Shown: in pieces, positions 20,145 to 31,197 of the stretch
Layout of the letters: each line of letters opens with the position of its first letter
Numbering within the stretch: the stretch's first letter is position 1
Assembly (NCBI GenBank): GCA_021810145.1
Contig: JAJZJL010000004.1
Location: 3,849 to 67,848, forward strand
Length of the DNA stretch: 64,000 nt
Direction of reading: 5' to 3'
Source: Planctomycetota bacterium
Lineage (GTDB): Bacteria > Planctomycetota > Phycisphaerae > WQYP01
Program-made: the position numbers and the translations under genes
The notes under the pieces: generated by a model
The model's input: the letters and a program-made list of their open reading frames with translations, nothing else
Told to the model about the DNA's origin: nothing
Databases searched by the model: none

Positions 20145-22192
20145 TGATGTTCCGCATCTTGTTGTGCGGTTTCCGGCGTGCCCCCCTCAGGTGGCGTTGC
20201 CGATGAGCTTTGCCGCGCGGCGTTGAGTTCCTTGATTCGATCCCGTAAATCCGCAGCCTTTTCAAATTCCAGATTATTGGCGGCGGCCAGCATTTCCTCT
20301 TCCAGCATCCGGATCATTTCCTGCTGGTCAAACTCGGATTCAGATTCTGAGAGCATTTCCCGCGCCGTGCGGCGGGCTTTGAGTTCCAATTCAATGCCGT
20401 GTCGAATCGCCTTTTGGATTGTCTGCGGCGTAATTCCGTTGGCGGTGTTCCACGCTTCCTGAATGCTCCGCCGTCGAAGCGTCTCATCAATGGCCCGTTG
20501 CATGGCCGGAGTTGTTTTATCGCCGTAGAGAAAAACCTTGGCATCCACATTCCGGGCGCAACGCCCGATCATTTGAATCAGCGATGTTTCACTGCGCAAA
20601 AAGCCCTGTTTGTCCGCATCCATGATGGCCACCATCGAAACTTCCGGCAAATCCAGGCCCTCACGCAGCAGATTTACGCCAATCAGGCAGTCAAACGATC
20701 CTTCCCTCAGTTCCCGCAATATATCAATGCGATCAAATGTTTGTATTTCGCTGTGTAAATATTTACAGCGCAAGCCCGCCTGCCCCAGATAATGTGACAA
20801 ATCCTCGGCCAGGCGCTTGGTCAGCGTGGTTACCAGTGTTCGCTGGCCTTTTTGAGCGCGAACTTTGGCTTCTTCAAGTAAATCAGCCACCTGTCCCTGG
20901 GCGGGGCGCACTTCAATAAGCGGGTCCATCAGGCCGGTGGGGCGGATGATCTGCTCGACCACCTCGCCGGCGGTAAGTTCCAGTTCGTATTTCGCCGGTG
21001 TGGCGGATACAAATAACACCTGATTCCACATGCCCGCAAATTCCTCAAATCGCATCGGGCGATTGTCCAATGCCGAGGGCAGACGAAAACCGTGCTCCAC
21101 CAGTACCTCTTTGCGGTGACGATCGGCGGAATACATCGCGTTGATCTGCGGAATCGTAACATGCGATTCATCAATCATCAGCAGATAATCGTTCGGAAAG
21201 TAGTCAATGAGCGTTGATGGCTTTGCTCCCGGCGGCGAGCCGGAAATATGCCGCGAATAATTTTCAATCCCCTGGCAGAATCCCGCCTCCCGCATCATTT
21301 CCATATCATATTTGGTGCGCGCAAAGAGTCGCTGGGCTTCCAGCAGCTTGCCCTGCTGCCGCAATTCGCGGCAGCGCTGCTCGAGTTCCTGCTGAATATC
21401 ATGCACCGCCCTTATCATGGTCGAGTCATCGGCAACATAATGCTTGGCGGGGTAGACAAAGGCGGTCGTTTCTTCCGTGAGCCGCTCACCACTCACGGGG
21501 TGAATGTGCCAGATCGATTCAATTTCGTCACCGAACATTTCCAGGCGCAGGGCTGTGATTTCATAGGCGGGAAATATTTCAATCACATCGCCGCGCACCC
21601 GGAACGTTCCACGCTTAAATTCAATGTCATTACGCTCATATTGCACATCAACCAGCGCCCGCAGCAGTTCTTCCCGTCCCATCACCGCCCCGCGCTGCAG
21701 GGAAATAACCTTCTTTTTATACTGTTCCGGTGAACCCAAACCGAAAATACAACTCACCGAGGCTACAACCATCACGTCGCGCCGGCTCACCAGCGCGCTG
21801 GTGGTTGCCAGACGCAGGCGATCCAGATCGTCATTGCGGGCGGCATCTTTTTCAATGTAAATATCGCGCTGCGGAATATAGGCTTCCGGCTGATAGTAAT
21901 CGTAGTAGCTGACAAAATAATTCACCGCATTGTGCGGCAGAAGTTCCCGGAACTCCTCGTAAAGCTGGGCCGCCAGTGTTTTATTATGGCTGATTACCAG
22001 AACCGGGCGGTTGAGTTGCGCCGCAACATGGGCCATGGTAAATGTTTTGCCTGATCCGGTAACGCCCATGAGCACTTGGTATTTTTCACCGCGTTGAAAC
22101 GCTCGCGTGATCTTTTCAATCGCCTGCGGTTGATCACCGGTGGGCTTGAAGGGGCTTTCGATTTTATATTCCTGTACGGGCATTGTTTCCAT
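20033..22192 (-). CDS. uvrB: excinuclease ABC subunit B
   Basis: N-terminus FKPTGDQPQAIEKI. Helicase motifs GVTGSGKT and DESH. UvrC-interaction coiled coil AADLRDRIKELNAARQ. Unusually long (~55 aa) C-terminal tail, whose last 37 aa are encoded inside the repeat. Confidence 0.95.
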   Translation of the reverse strand: METMPVQEYKIESPFKPTGDQPQAIEKITRAFQRGEKYQVLMGVTGSGKTFTMAHVAAQLNRPVLVISHNKTLAAQLYEEFRELLPHNAVNYFVSYYDYYQPEAYIPQRDIYIEKDAARNDDLDRLRLATTSALVSRRDVMVVASVSCIFGLGSPEQYKKKVISLQRGAVMGREELLRALVDVQYERNDIEFKRGTFRVRGDVIEIFPAYEITALRLEMFGDEIESIWHIHPVSGERLTEETTAFVYPAKHYVADDSTMIRAVHDIQQELEQRCRELRQQGKLLEAQRLFARTKYDMEMMREAGFCQGIENYSRHISGSPPGAKPSTLIDYFPNDYLLMIDESHVTIPQINAMYSADRHRKEVLVEHGFRLPSALDNRPMRFEEFAGMWNQVLFVSATPAKYELELTAGEVVEQIIRPTGLMDPLIEVRPAQGQVADLLEEAKVRAQKGQRTLVTTLTKRLAEDLSHYLGQAGLRCKYLHSEIQTFDRIDILRELREGSFDCLIGVNLLREGLDLPEVSMVAIMDADKQGFLRSETSLIQMIGRCARNVDAKVFLYGDKTTPAMQRAIDETLRRRSIQEAWNTANGITPQTIQKAIRHGIELELKARRTAREMLSESESEFDQQEMIRMLEEEMLAAANNLEFEKAADLRDRIKELNAARQSSSATPPEGGTPETAQQDAEHQHALAAAIDEGIANRLANRSAAKPQQTKFKRGPKGRH

Positions 22193-22378
22193 CCAAAACA
22201 CAACAACAGAGAATTATATATCACCGGCGGTATATTTTATTGGCATTGCTCCCGAACGCCACGTGCTGGTTTGCCAGACGCCGTCATAAATTATATCGCA
22301 TTGGCACAACTGGCCGCAGGCTTGTCTGCGGTTCGGTGTCGCGCCGAATGGAGTTGGTTCGGCATGCGAGCGGTGATT

Positions 22379-22948
22379 TCAGGTGCCGACAAAGCGTAAC
22401 GGCGCGTGTTTCCATTCGCCGGCATAATCGATTCCGATGCGCGGCGTGGTAATCACGTTCAAGTGATAGCCCGCATTTTTTACAATGTATAGCTCATCAC
22501 CTGTCATATCCGTGCCCCGATCGGCCAACGTGATCTGAAATGCCCCGGCTAATTTTCCCGGGCCGGTAAGAACCGCATCCCAGTGATCCATCGGCTGCGC
22601 GCCACGCAGCAGCACGGCCTGGGCGTCGCCTTCATCGGCGGTAACGATATTGAGCATGTGGTACATGCCATAGATCAGATAGACATAAGCATAGCCCGGA
22701 GGGCCAAACATTATTTCCGTTCGCCGCGTGCGGCCTTTGGATGCGTGGCAGGCCAGATCATGGGTTCCGACATACGCCTCCGTTTCGGTAATCATCGCCA
22801 TGCGCCGCACGCCATCGACCGTTCGTACCAGCACGGAACCAATCAATTCTCGCGCTACCGCCTCCGCTCCGCGCCGAAAAAACGCCCGTTCCAGCTTTTT
22901 TCCTCGATACCGGGAAAGCCCCAGACCGTTGATTGTTTTAACCTCCAT
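22379..22948 (-). CDS. mpg: DNA-3-methyladenine glycosylase (Mpg/AAG family)
   Basis: 189 aa. Motifs TETEAY...HASKGRT...GYAYVYLIYGMYHMLN are typical of the MPG fold. ggaggt RBS. Confidence 0.8.
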   Translation of the reverse strand: MEVKTINGLGLSRYRGKKLERAFFRRGAEAVARELIGSVLVRTVDGVRRMAMITETEAYVGTHDLACHASKGRTRRTEIMFGPPGYAYVYLIYGMYHMLNIVTADEGDAQAVLLRGAQPMDHWDAVLTGPGKLAGAFQITLADRGTDMTGDELYIVKNAGYHLNVITTPRIGIDYAGEWKHAPLRFVGT

Positions 22949-23178
22949 TTCAGCCGCCTCAACTCTGAACCTGTCCGTGCGGACTAAGTATAGTCAATCA
23001 ACGTGAGCCGGTCACGGTGTGCTGTGGCGGAACTGAACACCTGAGGTAATCAACACATGCCGCCCATGACGGTGCGCCACGGCGGCGAAATGTTCCCCCG
23101 TGCATCCGTTGGCGGCATGGCGTTGCTCTTATTCTGCGAGGGGCGGTGGATTACCGGGCATCCGCCGGATCGGCTGGC

Positions 23179-24798
23179 TTATGCGGGGTGTTCGGGTTCA
23201 GGAGCATCGCCGGATTCGATGCCCATTTCCTTGACTTTTTTATTGAGGGTATTGCGATTAATGCCCAGAAAGTCGGCGGCCTTAATTTTTACGTCCCCGC
23301 AGCGCTGAAGCGCTTTTTCAAGAAGCGCTTTTTCCACCTGATTAATCACCAGATCGTAAATTTGTCCTTCGCGCAGGGCGTATTCGCTTATGGCCTGATC
23401 GGCGAGACGATGCACCACGCCGTCGAGGTCTTCGCTGGCGACGCTGGTGCGACCCTGCTGGGCAAATGCGCGAATCGCTGTGGGCAGAAGGTCTTCAGTC
23501 AGGGTGTCACCGCGGCTGAGAACCACGGCGCGTTCGATGGCGTTTTCCAGTTCACGCACATTGCCGGGCCAGGGGTAGCGAACAAGTATATTAACCAGAT
23601 CGCGGCTTATTTTATTGAGGTTTTTCCCATTTTCCGCATTGAACTTATCAAAGAAAAAGTCAATGAGTCGGGAAATATCTTCCCGGCGGTTGCGCAATGC
23701 GGGTAAATTGATGGTTACAACATTGAGGCGGTAGAAAAGATCCTCACGGAATTTTCCCTTGGCCACTTCATCCTGCAGGCTTAAGTTGGTCGCAGCGATG
23801 ATCCGGACATCCACGCGGATGGTGCGGGTATCGCCGACACGTTCGAACTCCCGCTCCTGCAGCACGCGCAGGAGTTTTACCTGCAGGCTGGTATCCAGCG
23901 TGCCGATTTCATCAAGGAAAAGCGTGCCGGTGTGGGCGGCTTCAAAGCGGCCGATTTTATCGCGGATAGCGCCGGTAAAGCTCCCTTTGATGTGGCCGAA
24001 AAGTTCCGATTCCAGAAGCGTGCCGCTGAGGGCGCCGCAATTCATGCGGATGAAGGGTTTGTCGGCACGGTTGGAATTGAAATGGATGGCTTTGGCGATC
24101 AATTCCTTACCGGTTCCGGTTTCACCCAGCAGCAGGACGGTAGCGCGGCTTGCCGCCACCTGGGCGATGGTATCAAACACTTCCAGCATCGCGGGCGAAC
24201 TGCCGATGATATTGTCAAATTTGTATTTGCTTTGCAGAGTGCTGCGAAGCTGCCGGCGTTCTTCGAGCCATTCTTCACGTTCGGTGGCGACGATGGAATT
24301 GATCTTAATGGCCTGGGCGATAAATGCCGCAATAATTTCAAGCAATCGTTGATCTTTTTCCAGCGTTTCAAGATCGACAAATTGCTTATCCACGGACAAC
24401 GCACCGCATGGCTTGGATCCAATGAGAATCGGCACGCAGATAAAGCTCGTCACACGCCCTGGCACGGGGATACGGGCCCCGGTGCGGTTGAGAAATTGAA
24501 TTTCCTTGCTGATATCAGCAACGACTCGCGGTTTTCCGGTGGCCACCACCTGCCCGGTAATGCCTTCACCGACATCATATCTTCCACGTTGAATTTCATT
24601 GGCGGTCAGACCTAACGCGGCTTCAATCTGCAATTTTCCCGTGGCGGAATCCAGCAGCACCATTGAGCCGCGCTCCATGCCCAGCCGATCCGCCAGAACA
24701 CGCATTGTCTGATCAAATACGGCGTGAAGATCCAATCCTGATGACAGGACACGACCAATCTCGGTGAGAATAGAAAGTTCCAGTTCAGCGCGATCCAT
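23179..24798 (-). CDS. sigma-54-dependent transcriptional activator (GAF - AAA+ - Fis HTH; NifA/FhlA-like)
   Basis: N-terminal GAF-like domain. Walker [24 protein letters not shown] (GAFTGA) sigma-54 contact motif. C-terminal HTH. Start set at the MDRAELE Met, which has a ggagg RBS. Confidence 0.85.
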   Translation of the reverse strand: MDRAELELSILTEIGRVLSSGLDLHAVFDQTMRVLADRLGMERGSMVLLDSATGKLQIEAALGLTANEIQRGRYDVGEGITGQVVATGKPRVVADISKEIQFLNRTGARIPVPGRVTSFICVPILIGSKPCGALSVDKQFVDLETLEKDQRLLEIIAAFIAQAIKINSIVATEREEWLEERRQLRSTLQSKYKFDNIIGSSPAMLEVFDTIAQVAASRATVLLLGETGTGKELIAKAIHFNSNRADKPFIRMNCGALSGTLLESELFGHIKGSFTGAIRDKIGRFEAAHTGTLFLDEIGTLDTSLQVKLLRVLQEREFERVGDTRTIRVDVRIIAATNLSLQDEVAKGKFREDLFYRLNVVTINLPALRNRREDISRLIDFFFDKFNAENGKNLNKISRDLVNILVRYPWPGNVRELENAIERAVVLSRGDTLTEDLLPTAIRAFAQQGRTSVASEDLDGVVHRLADQAISEYALREGQIYDLVINQVEKALLEKALQRCGDVKIKAADFLGINRNTLNKKVKEMGIESGDAPEPEHPA

Positions 24799-25337
24799 GA
24801 AAAACAACCTCCGCAATTGCAAACGGTCCAATTCATCTGCGTCGCCAAGCTTCCAACTCCAAAGCTTCGGCCACCGCCGCAAACCATCCACATGCTATTG
24901 TACTATGCAAATGCCGTGCTCGACGGGCCCATACTGATGAAAAAATAGCGGATGCGTCAAAATGAACACGTCAATGGTTCTTTCAATAATGATTATAAGT
25001 CTATATTTATTAATAACTTATATGAGTGGATCCAACCTATGATTGCCGGCGGTTCGGGTATGAATCAGTGCCGGAATTGCAGGCATTAATGCGACGTGAT
25101 GGCAGCCTGACTGCCTTATAACGGGACGAAAGTGCCCAATTGTACCGCATTCCGATTTTGACTTGCGCATAAATTAGGCAATCGCTGAGGCCGTGAAAAA
25201 GTGGGGTAACAGCCAATATGATCGCCAAAATGGATCGTTGACTGGCGGGTCCATGCTGGATTATTTCCTTAAGGTGTACCAGTAATTTGCGGAAGCCTCT
25301 TGCCTTGGCGGCGGCGTTTGGTAGGATGGAGAATCAT

Positions 25338-25410
25338 GGGGACGTAGCTCAATTGGGAGAGCACTGCCTTTGCAAGGCAGGGGTTGCCGGTTCGATCCCG
25401 GTCGTCTCCA
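25338..25410 (+). tRNA. tRNA-Ala (anticodon UGC)
   Basis: Cloverleaf GGGGACG...CGUCUCC acceptor stem. Anticodon loop UUUGCAA. T-arm GGTTCGATCC. No encoded CCA. Confidence 0.9.
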
Positions 25411-25655
25411 TTTTGTTTGGTCCGCATAAAATATTTCAATAATCTGAATTATTTGCTGGCAATTGTGATTCCCTTATGCGTATAATGCTGCTGTATCGAA
25501 ACGGTTCGGTTTGCGATAGTCTTTTAAAATGCTGCAACCCTCCTTGAAAGATGATGCGCAAGTTATAACCGTTCCACCAGCCAGCGGCGTATGCGGCGGA
25601 GTATTTTCTCCGCATCGCGCTTGGAACTGATGGCAGGGACTCATGGGGACGCCGG

Positions 25656-28622
25656 ATGATGGACTTGCCGAACAAGGTCCGCACAAATCTGCAGTGGATC
25701 AGCATCTGGACCAGCATAATGCTGTGCGCGATCAGTCTGCTCGTTCTGGCGGGCTGGTGCACGGGCTACCTTCCCCTGACCAGTGTGCTGCCAGGGCTGA
25801 TTCCGATGAATCCGGTGGTGGCCATCAGCTTTTTTCTCCTGGCGCTGGCAATTGGCTTTCTGGCCCTGTATTCAGAAACCAGCATCCTCCAGAACTGGGA
25901 AATAGCCGCAATTGGAGCTGTCGTGGCTGTTGTGGCCGTGATGCGACTGGCTGCTTATCTCGGTATGGGCAACCTGCACGTGGATTCAATTTTATTTGCC
26001 GATGAGCTTAACAAGGTGCCTTTCGCCCCCAACCGCATGGCACCCAATACCGCGGTGGGACTATTCTTTGGCGGCTTAGGGGTTATGTCGGTGGTGTGGC
26101 GGAAAGCATTTACCCGGCAACTTACGGGAATCGCCGCCGTGGGACTGCTGTTGACCGGCTTGTATGGCATCGCAAATTCTCTGTTTACTTTCTACAGTGT
26201 CAGAGGCAGAGGGGTATATATTCCCACGGCCATGCATACAGCCACAGCTCTGTTGCTGGTGCTGGTGGGAATCGCGGCGATGGACGAGCATTTGCCGATT
26301 ATCCGGCAGTTTATAAAAAGCAGTCCCGGCGGAATTATTATGCGCCGGCTGCTGCCACCACTGATTATTCTACCGTTATTGCTGGGGTGGCTGCGAATTT
26401 TCTTTGAATATCGTCTGCATCTATCAGGTATGCCGGCATCTGCGGCTACCTCAGTGGTCTTGCAGATTATCCTGCTGGGAGCATTGGTTTGGGCCGCGGC
26501 GATCATTATGGATCGGTTATATGATCAACGGCAACAAACCATGCAACGCCTGGAACAGACAAAAACGGAACTCATTGAGGCCAACGCGGCGGCGCAGGAG
26601 GCTGCCCGTGCGAAATCCCAATTCCTGGCCAATATGAGCCATGAAATTCGCACGCCGCTCAATGGTGTGATTTCCATGATGGAACTGCTGGCGGAAACGC
26701 CATTGGATGGGCAACAGCGGGGCTACACGCAGGTAGCCAGAACCAGTGCGGATGCCTTGCTGGCGGTGATAACGGACATTCTCGATTTCTCGAAAATTGA
26801 AGCCGGTCGCATGGAAATTGAATCGGTGGATTTCGATCTGCGAGCCTGCACAGAAGATACGGTATACCTGATGCTTCCCACGGCGATGCGCAAAAAGCTG
26901 GAACTTGGCTATGACATTGCGCCGGATCTTCCGTCGCAGGTGCGGGGGGATCCGGTGCGCCTGCGCCAGGTGCTGATGAATCTGATCAGCAACGCGATTA
27001 AATTCACGGACCGCGGTGAGGTGTGGGTGAAGCTTTCCACTGAGGATATTGCCGAGGGGCGGATTCTGGCGCGGTTTGAAGTTCACGATACGGGCGTGGG
27101 CATTGCGCCGGAGGATGCCCGTAAGCTTTTCACGGCCTTTGCGCAGGTGCATCATCGTGGGGATAAGGTATATGGTGGAACGGGATTGGGATTGGCGATA
27201 AGCCGACAGATTATTGAACTCATGGGCGGCAGAATTGAGCTTGAAAGTCAGGTTGGATCTGGCAGCAATTTCTGGTTTGCGGTTCCGCTGGAGCGTCGGA
27301 AACCGGTCTGGCTCAATGCGGACGCGATTCCCGAAGTGTTGCGACGGCAGCGCGTATTACTGCTAATGGCCAGCGCCGTCAGGCGGGATAAACTGCAGCA
27401 TCAATTGCAGTATTGGAATATTAACGTGCAGACAGTTGCATCGGTCGATGCGTGTCTCGAGTTGCTGCGGACGAACAGCGGTCATCCTTTTGATGTGCTG
27501 TTTGTGGAGCATCAGCCGCCGGAACTCAATGCCCTGGAGATTGCCAGACTGGTTCATGCGCAGGCTGTGGTACGGGCACCGTCTATCGTGGCACTGGCGC
27601 GGGCGGATATGCACATCAGCGGGGCTGTCCAGCGCGAATTCGGGCTTGGAGGAGTACTGGGCAAACCGGTTCGGCAGTCTCAGTTGTATGATTTGCTCAT
27701 GCGGCTGGTATCCGCTAGCGGCGAAATGCCCAGTGTGCCGTCGCCTAAGGCTCAGGCAAAAATTCAGTTGCCCGCGGGCTACCAGGGACTCAAGGTTCTG
27801 GTTGCGGAAGACAATGAAATTAACCAGTTTGTTATCCGTGAGGTTCTTGCAGGGTTGGAATTACAATGCGATGTTGTTGCCAACGGGCAGGAATGTATCA
27901 ATGCCCTGCGGAAAGAAACCTATGCGCTGGTGCTGATGGATTGCCTGATGCCGGTAATGGATGGCTTTGAAGCGGCAAGAAAAATTCGTGAACTGGAAGC
28001 GGTCGGTGGGACATCCGGTGGCATTAACCGGGGGCGCATTGCCATTATTGCCCTGACGGCGAATGTTACGGGATTGGATCGTCAAAACTCGATGGAAGCG
28101 GGCATGGATGCTTTTCTAACCAAACCGCTGGATCGCAGGCAATTGGTTTCGGTTATTGAGTCACTGATTGAAAACCCTGGAATCGGTCAGGCGGCCAAGG
28201 CGTCTTCGCCTGAATTCGCGCAGGACGTGCATGCCGCTCCCGGAGAGGCCACATCAGAATGTGAGCCTTTTGATCTGAAGCGGCTGGAGGATTATTTTTC
28301 CGCCGATAAAGCCATGGTGGAGCGGGTGTTGGGGCAGTTTATCGGACAGGGAAAGCAGCAGATTGCCACACTCAATGAACACATTAATGCCCTGAATTGG
28401 GATGCGGCGCGGCGTGCTGCGCACGCCATTAAAGGCACGGCGGCCTGTCTGTTTGCCGAGGCGCTGCGCCTGGCGGCCAAAGACCTTGAGTTTATCTGCC
28501 ACGATCATCGGGATACCATTCGCGCCGCCGCCGCGTGGCAAAAGGTACAAATGGAAATGAACCGATGTATAGACTATCTGGCACAGCGAAAGACATCGTC
28601 CGGTAAATCCGCATCGGAATAA
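25656..28622 (+). CDS. Hybrid sensor histidine kinase (TM sensor - HisKA - HATPase_c - REC - REC - HPt)
   Basis: Multi-TM N-terminus. H-box MSHEIRTPLNGV. G-box GTGLGLAIS. Receiver domain KVLVAEDNEINQ...LVLMDCLMPVMDGFEA. C-terminal HPt with HAIKGTAACLFA. Confidence 0.85.
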   Translation: MMDLPNKVRTNLQWISIWTSIMLCAISLLVLAGWCTGYLPLTSVLPGLIPMNPVVAISFFLLALAIGFLALYSETSILQNWEIAAIGAVVAVVAVMRLAAYLGMGNLHVDSILFADELNKVPFAPNRMAPNTAVGLFFGGLGVMSVVWRKAFTRQLTGIAAVGLLLTGLYGIANSLFTFYSVRGRGVYIPTAMHTATALLLVLVGIAAMDEHLPIIRQFIKSSPGGIIMRRLLPPLIILPLLLGWLRIFFEYRLHLSGMPASAATSVVLQIILLGALVWAAAIIMDRLYDQRQQTMQRLEQTKTELIEANAAAQEAARAKSQFLANMSHEIRTPLNGVISMMELLAETPLDGQQRGYTQVARTSADALLAVITDILDFSKIEAGRMEIESVDFDLRACTEDTVYLMLPTAMRKKLELGYDIAPDLPSQVRGDPVRLRQVLMNLISNAIKFTDRGEVWVKLSTEDIAEGRILARFEVHDTGVGIAPEDARKLFTAFAQVHHRGDKVYGGTGLGLAISRQIIELMGGRIELESQVGSGSNFWFAVPLERRKPVWLNADAIPEVLRRQRVLLLMASAVRRDKLQHQLQYWNINVQTVASVDACLELLRTNSGHPFDVLFVEHQPPELNALEIARLVHAQAVVRAPSIVALARADMHISGAVQREFGLGGVLGKPVRQSQLYDLLMRLVSASGEMPSVPSPKAQAKIQLPAGYQGLKVLVAEDNEINQFVIREVLAGLELQCDVVANGQECINALRKETYALVLMDCLMPVMDGFEAARKIRELEAVGGTSGGINRGRIAIIALTANVTGLDRQNSMEAGMDAFLTKPLDRRQLVSVIESLIENPGIGQAAKASSPEFAQDVHAAPGEATSECEPFDLKRLEDYFSADKAMVERVLGQFIGQGKQQIATLNEHINALNWDAARRAAHAIKGTAACLFAEALRLAAKDLEFICHDHRDTIRAAAAWQKVQMEMNRCIDYLAQRKTSSGKSASE

Positions 28623-28635
28623 GGAGCATAACGGT

Positions 28636-29688
28636 ATGAAAATTCTCGCGGTCGATGATGATCCCATCGCGCTGGAGATGATCCGGTCCGCACTGGTCCG
28701 TTTTGGCCATGATGTTGTCACAACCACCAGCGGAGCCACGGCGATTGATATGTTGTCGCAATCTCCGATTCGTATGGTCATTACCGACTGGATGATGGAT
28801 TCGATGGATGGCATTCAGTTATGCCGGGCAATTCGACAACGAAAGTTAAGTAGATATGTGTATGTTATAATGTTAAGTTCGCGCGACGATCCGGTCGATG
28901 TGGCGGAGGGTATTGCGGCGGGATCCGATGATTTTATGACCAAACCATTCGATACCGGGGAACTCATCGCGCGCATCAAAGCCGGTGAACGGGCGTTATC
29001 GCTGGAAACGCGTGATGTGACCATTTTTGCGCTGGCGCGACTGGCGGAATCGCGGGATCAGGAAACCGGACTGCACCTGGAGCGAACGCGCAATTATGTG
29101 AAACTTATCGCCGAGCAACTCGCCAAAAGACCGGAACTGGCGCAGGTTATCAATGCCGATTTTGTGCAGATGCTTTATGACACCAGTCCTCTGCATGATA
29201 TTGGAAAAGTGGCCATTCCAGATGCTATTCTTCTCAAACCCGGCAAGCTTACACCCGATGAATATGAAGTCATGAAGCGACATGCCGCCATTGGTGCCGC
29301 AACGCTCAATGAAGTATTGCAGAGCTACCCGGAGGCGGCCTTTCTGGAAATGGCCCGGGACATCGCCGCAACCCATCATGAGCGCTATGATGGCCATGGC
29401 TATCCGCGCGGCCTGGCCGGCGAACAGATTCCATGGGCCGGGCGCATCATGGCTTTGGCGGATGTGTATGATGCGATTACTTCACGTCGCGTGTACAAAG
29501 CGGCGCAGAGTCACGAGCACGCCTGTGGCGTGATTCGCAGCGAGTCCGGAAAACAATTCGGCCCGCGCGTGGTGCAGGCGTTTCTGGATAGGGAGGCGGA
29601 AATACTGGAAGTCCAAAAGCATTTCCGCGAAGCGGAAGATGCCCGCCGCAACACAATTAATGCGCGCCAGGGGGCGTGGAACTGGTAA
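28636..29688 (+). CDS. Response regulator with HD-GYP domain (putative c-di-GMP phosphodiesterase)
   Basis: REC domain (KILAVDDDP...VITDWMMDSMDG). HD-GYP signature HHERYDGHGYPRGL. aaggag RBS. Confidence 0.85.
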   Translation: MKILAVDDDPIALEMIRSALVRFGHDVVTTTSGATAIDMLSQSPIRMVITDWMMDSMDGIQLCRAIRQRKLSRYVYVIMLSSRDDPVDVAEGIAAGSDDFMTKPFDTGELIARIKAGERALSLETRDVTIFALARLAESRDQETGLHLERTRNYVKLIAEQLAKRPELAQVINADFVQMLYDTSPLHDIGKVAIPDAILLKPGKLTPDEYEVMKRHAAIGAATLNEVLQSYPEAAFLEMARDIAATHHERYDGHGYPRGLAGEQIPWAGRIMALADVYDAITSRRVYKAAQSHEHACGVIRSESGKQFGPRVVQAFLDREAEILEVQKHFREAEDARRNTINARQGAWNW

Positions 29689-30036
29689 CCGGCGCTCCCT
29701 TATGGCTGCGTTGCGGCTTCACACCGACCATCGGCATCGTGGCGGATTTCAACGAGCTTCCCGCGTTACCTGCCGCCTTGCCGAACCATGTGGTTTACTG
29801 TGGCGAAGGGGAATATCGTCCATCCATTCATCATAATAATTATGAATTTTATAGCTGCCGGTTCCGTCCAGACATTCGCTTATGTCCTCAATGGTGCCGT
29901 CGGCCGGGCGCGCAATCAACTGACCATGCAGTTGCCCGTTTGTTTTTGTACCCTCGCGGATCATCGTTCATGTTAACGCGGTTCGATTTCCGCCAGCAGG
30001 TAATGCCCGGGGTGGTGGTACGCCTGCGGTGTTACC

Positions 30037-30990
30037 TCAGGCATCCAACCCTTCATACATCGCGGTACTGATGTAACGCTCACCCGTTGAGCACATAATC
30101 GCTACAATAATTTTATCTTTCATCTCCGGGCGGGCAGCCACCTGAGCCGCGGCCCACATATTTGCCCCGGAACTGATACCCGCCAGGATGCCCTCTTCCC
30201 GTGCCAGGCGGCGAGCCCATTCAAAGGCGTCTTCATTGGTAACCTGAATGACTTCATCCACAAGATCAACATGCAGATTTTTCGGGATAAAGCCGGCACC
30301 CGCTCCCTGAATTTTGTGCGGGCCGGGCTTTAATGGCTGGCCCGCCTTACATTGTGTAATAACCGGCGAACCAGTAGGTTCAACAGCGATGGCTTTGAAT
30401 TTTGGATTGCGCTTTTTGATCACGCTGGCAACGCCGCTAATTGTTCCCCCGGTACCCACCGCTGATACGAGGCAATCAACCTTGCCGTCGGTATCGTTCC
30501 AGATTTCTTCGGCGGTGGTTTTCTGATGAATGTCAACATTGGCTGGATTTTCAAACTGTTTGGCGATGATGGCATTTTTGTCTTCCGCGGCGGCTTCATT
30601 GCAGCGGCGGATGGCTCCGGGCATACCTTCCGCGGCGGGGGTAAGTACCAGATTGGCACCCATGATTCGCAACAGTTTGCGGCGTTCCAGGGACATGCTT
30701 TCCGGCATGTAAAGCGTAAGCTTATAACCCTTGGCTGCACAGACAAATGCCAAAGCAATACCCGTATTGCCGCTGGTGGCTTCCATGATATGGGTGTTTT
30801 TATTGATTTGGCCCGCTTTTTCAGCGGCTTCAATCATGGCGGCACCGATACGGTCTTTGACGCTCGCCAGTGGATTAAAAAATTCACACTTGGCATAAAC
30901 GATGCCCTGTCCAGCCGGAACCAGACGGTTAATACGTACCAAGGGGGTATTGCCGATGGTCTTGGTGATGTCGGAAAAAAGCCTAGCCAT
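30037..30990 (-). CDS. cysK: cysteine synthase A (O-acetylserine sulfhydrylase)
   Basis: PLP-lysine region [15 protein letters not shown] loop. 317 aa. aaggag RBS. Confidence 0.9.
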   Translation of the reverse strand: MARLFSDITKTIGNTPLVRINRLVPAGQGIVYAKCEFFNPLASVKDRIGAAMIEAAEKAGQINKNTHIMEATSGNTGIALAFVCAAKGYKLTLYMPESMSLERRKLLRIMGANLVLTPAAEGMPGAIRRCNEAAAEDKNAIIAKQFENPANVDIHQKTTAEEIWNDTDGKVDCLVSAVGTGGTISGVASVIKKRNPKFKAIAVEPTGSPVITQCKAGQPLKPGPHKIQGAGAGFIPKNLHVDLVDEVIQVTNEDAFEWARRLAREEGILAGISSGANMWAAAQVAARPEMKDKIIVAIMCSTGERYISTAMYEGLDA

Positions 30991-31197
30991 ATAAATCTCC
31001 TTTAATCTGATCTAATTTGTAGGTTATGGGGATTTTGGGCCTGTGTCAAGAAGTTTGCACAGAGGTGTTTCCGGAACCGGCATTGCGCAGTGGTGTTGAT
31101 CAATCGCTGGTGCTTTTGGTGCGGCCGATTACCGTTTGCATCCTGGCTCTTGGCAGGAGCGTTCAGGGGCAGCCCAATGAGCTGGATGGTCAATATA

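Noticed and set aside
24892-25337. AT-rich 450-bp region between the sigma-54 activator and tRNA-Ala as a possible ncRNA or CRISPR leader.
   Set aside because: There are no direct repeats or spacer structure and no conserved ncRNA motif I can recognise. It is most simply the divergent promoter region for the regulator and the tRNA.
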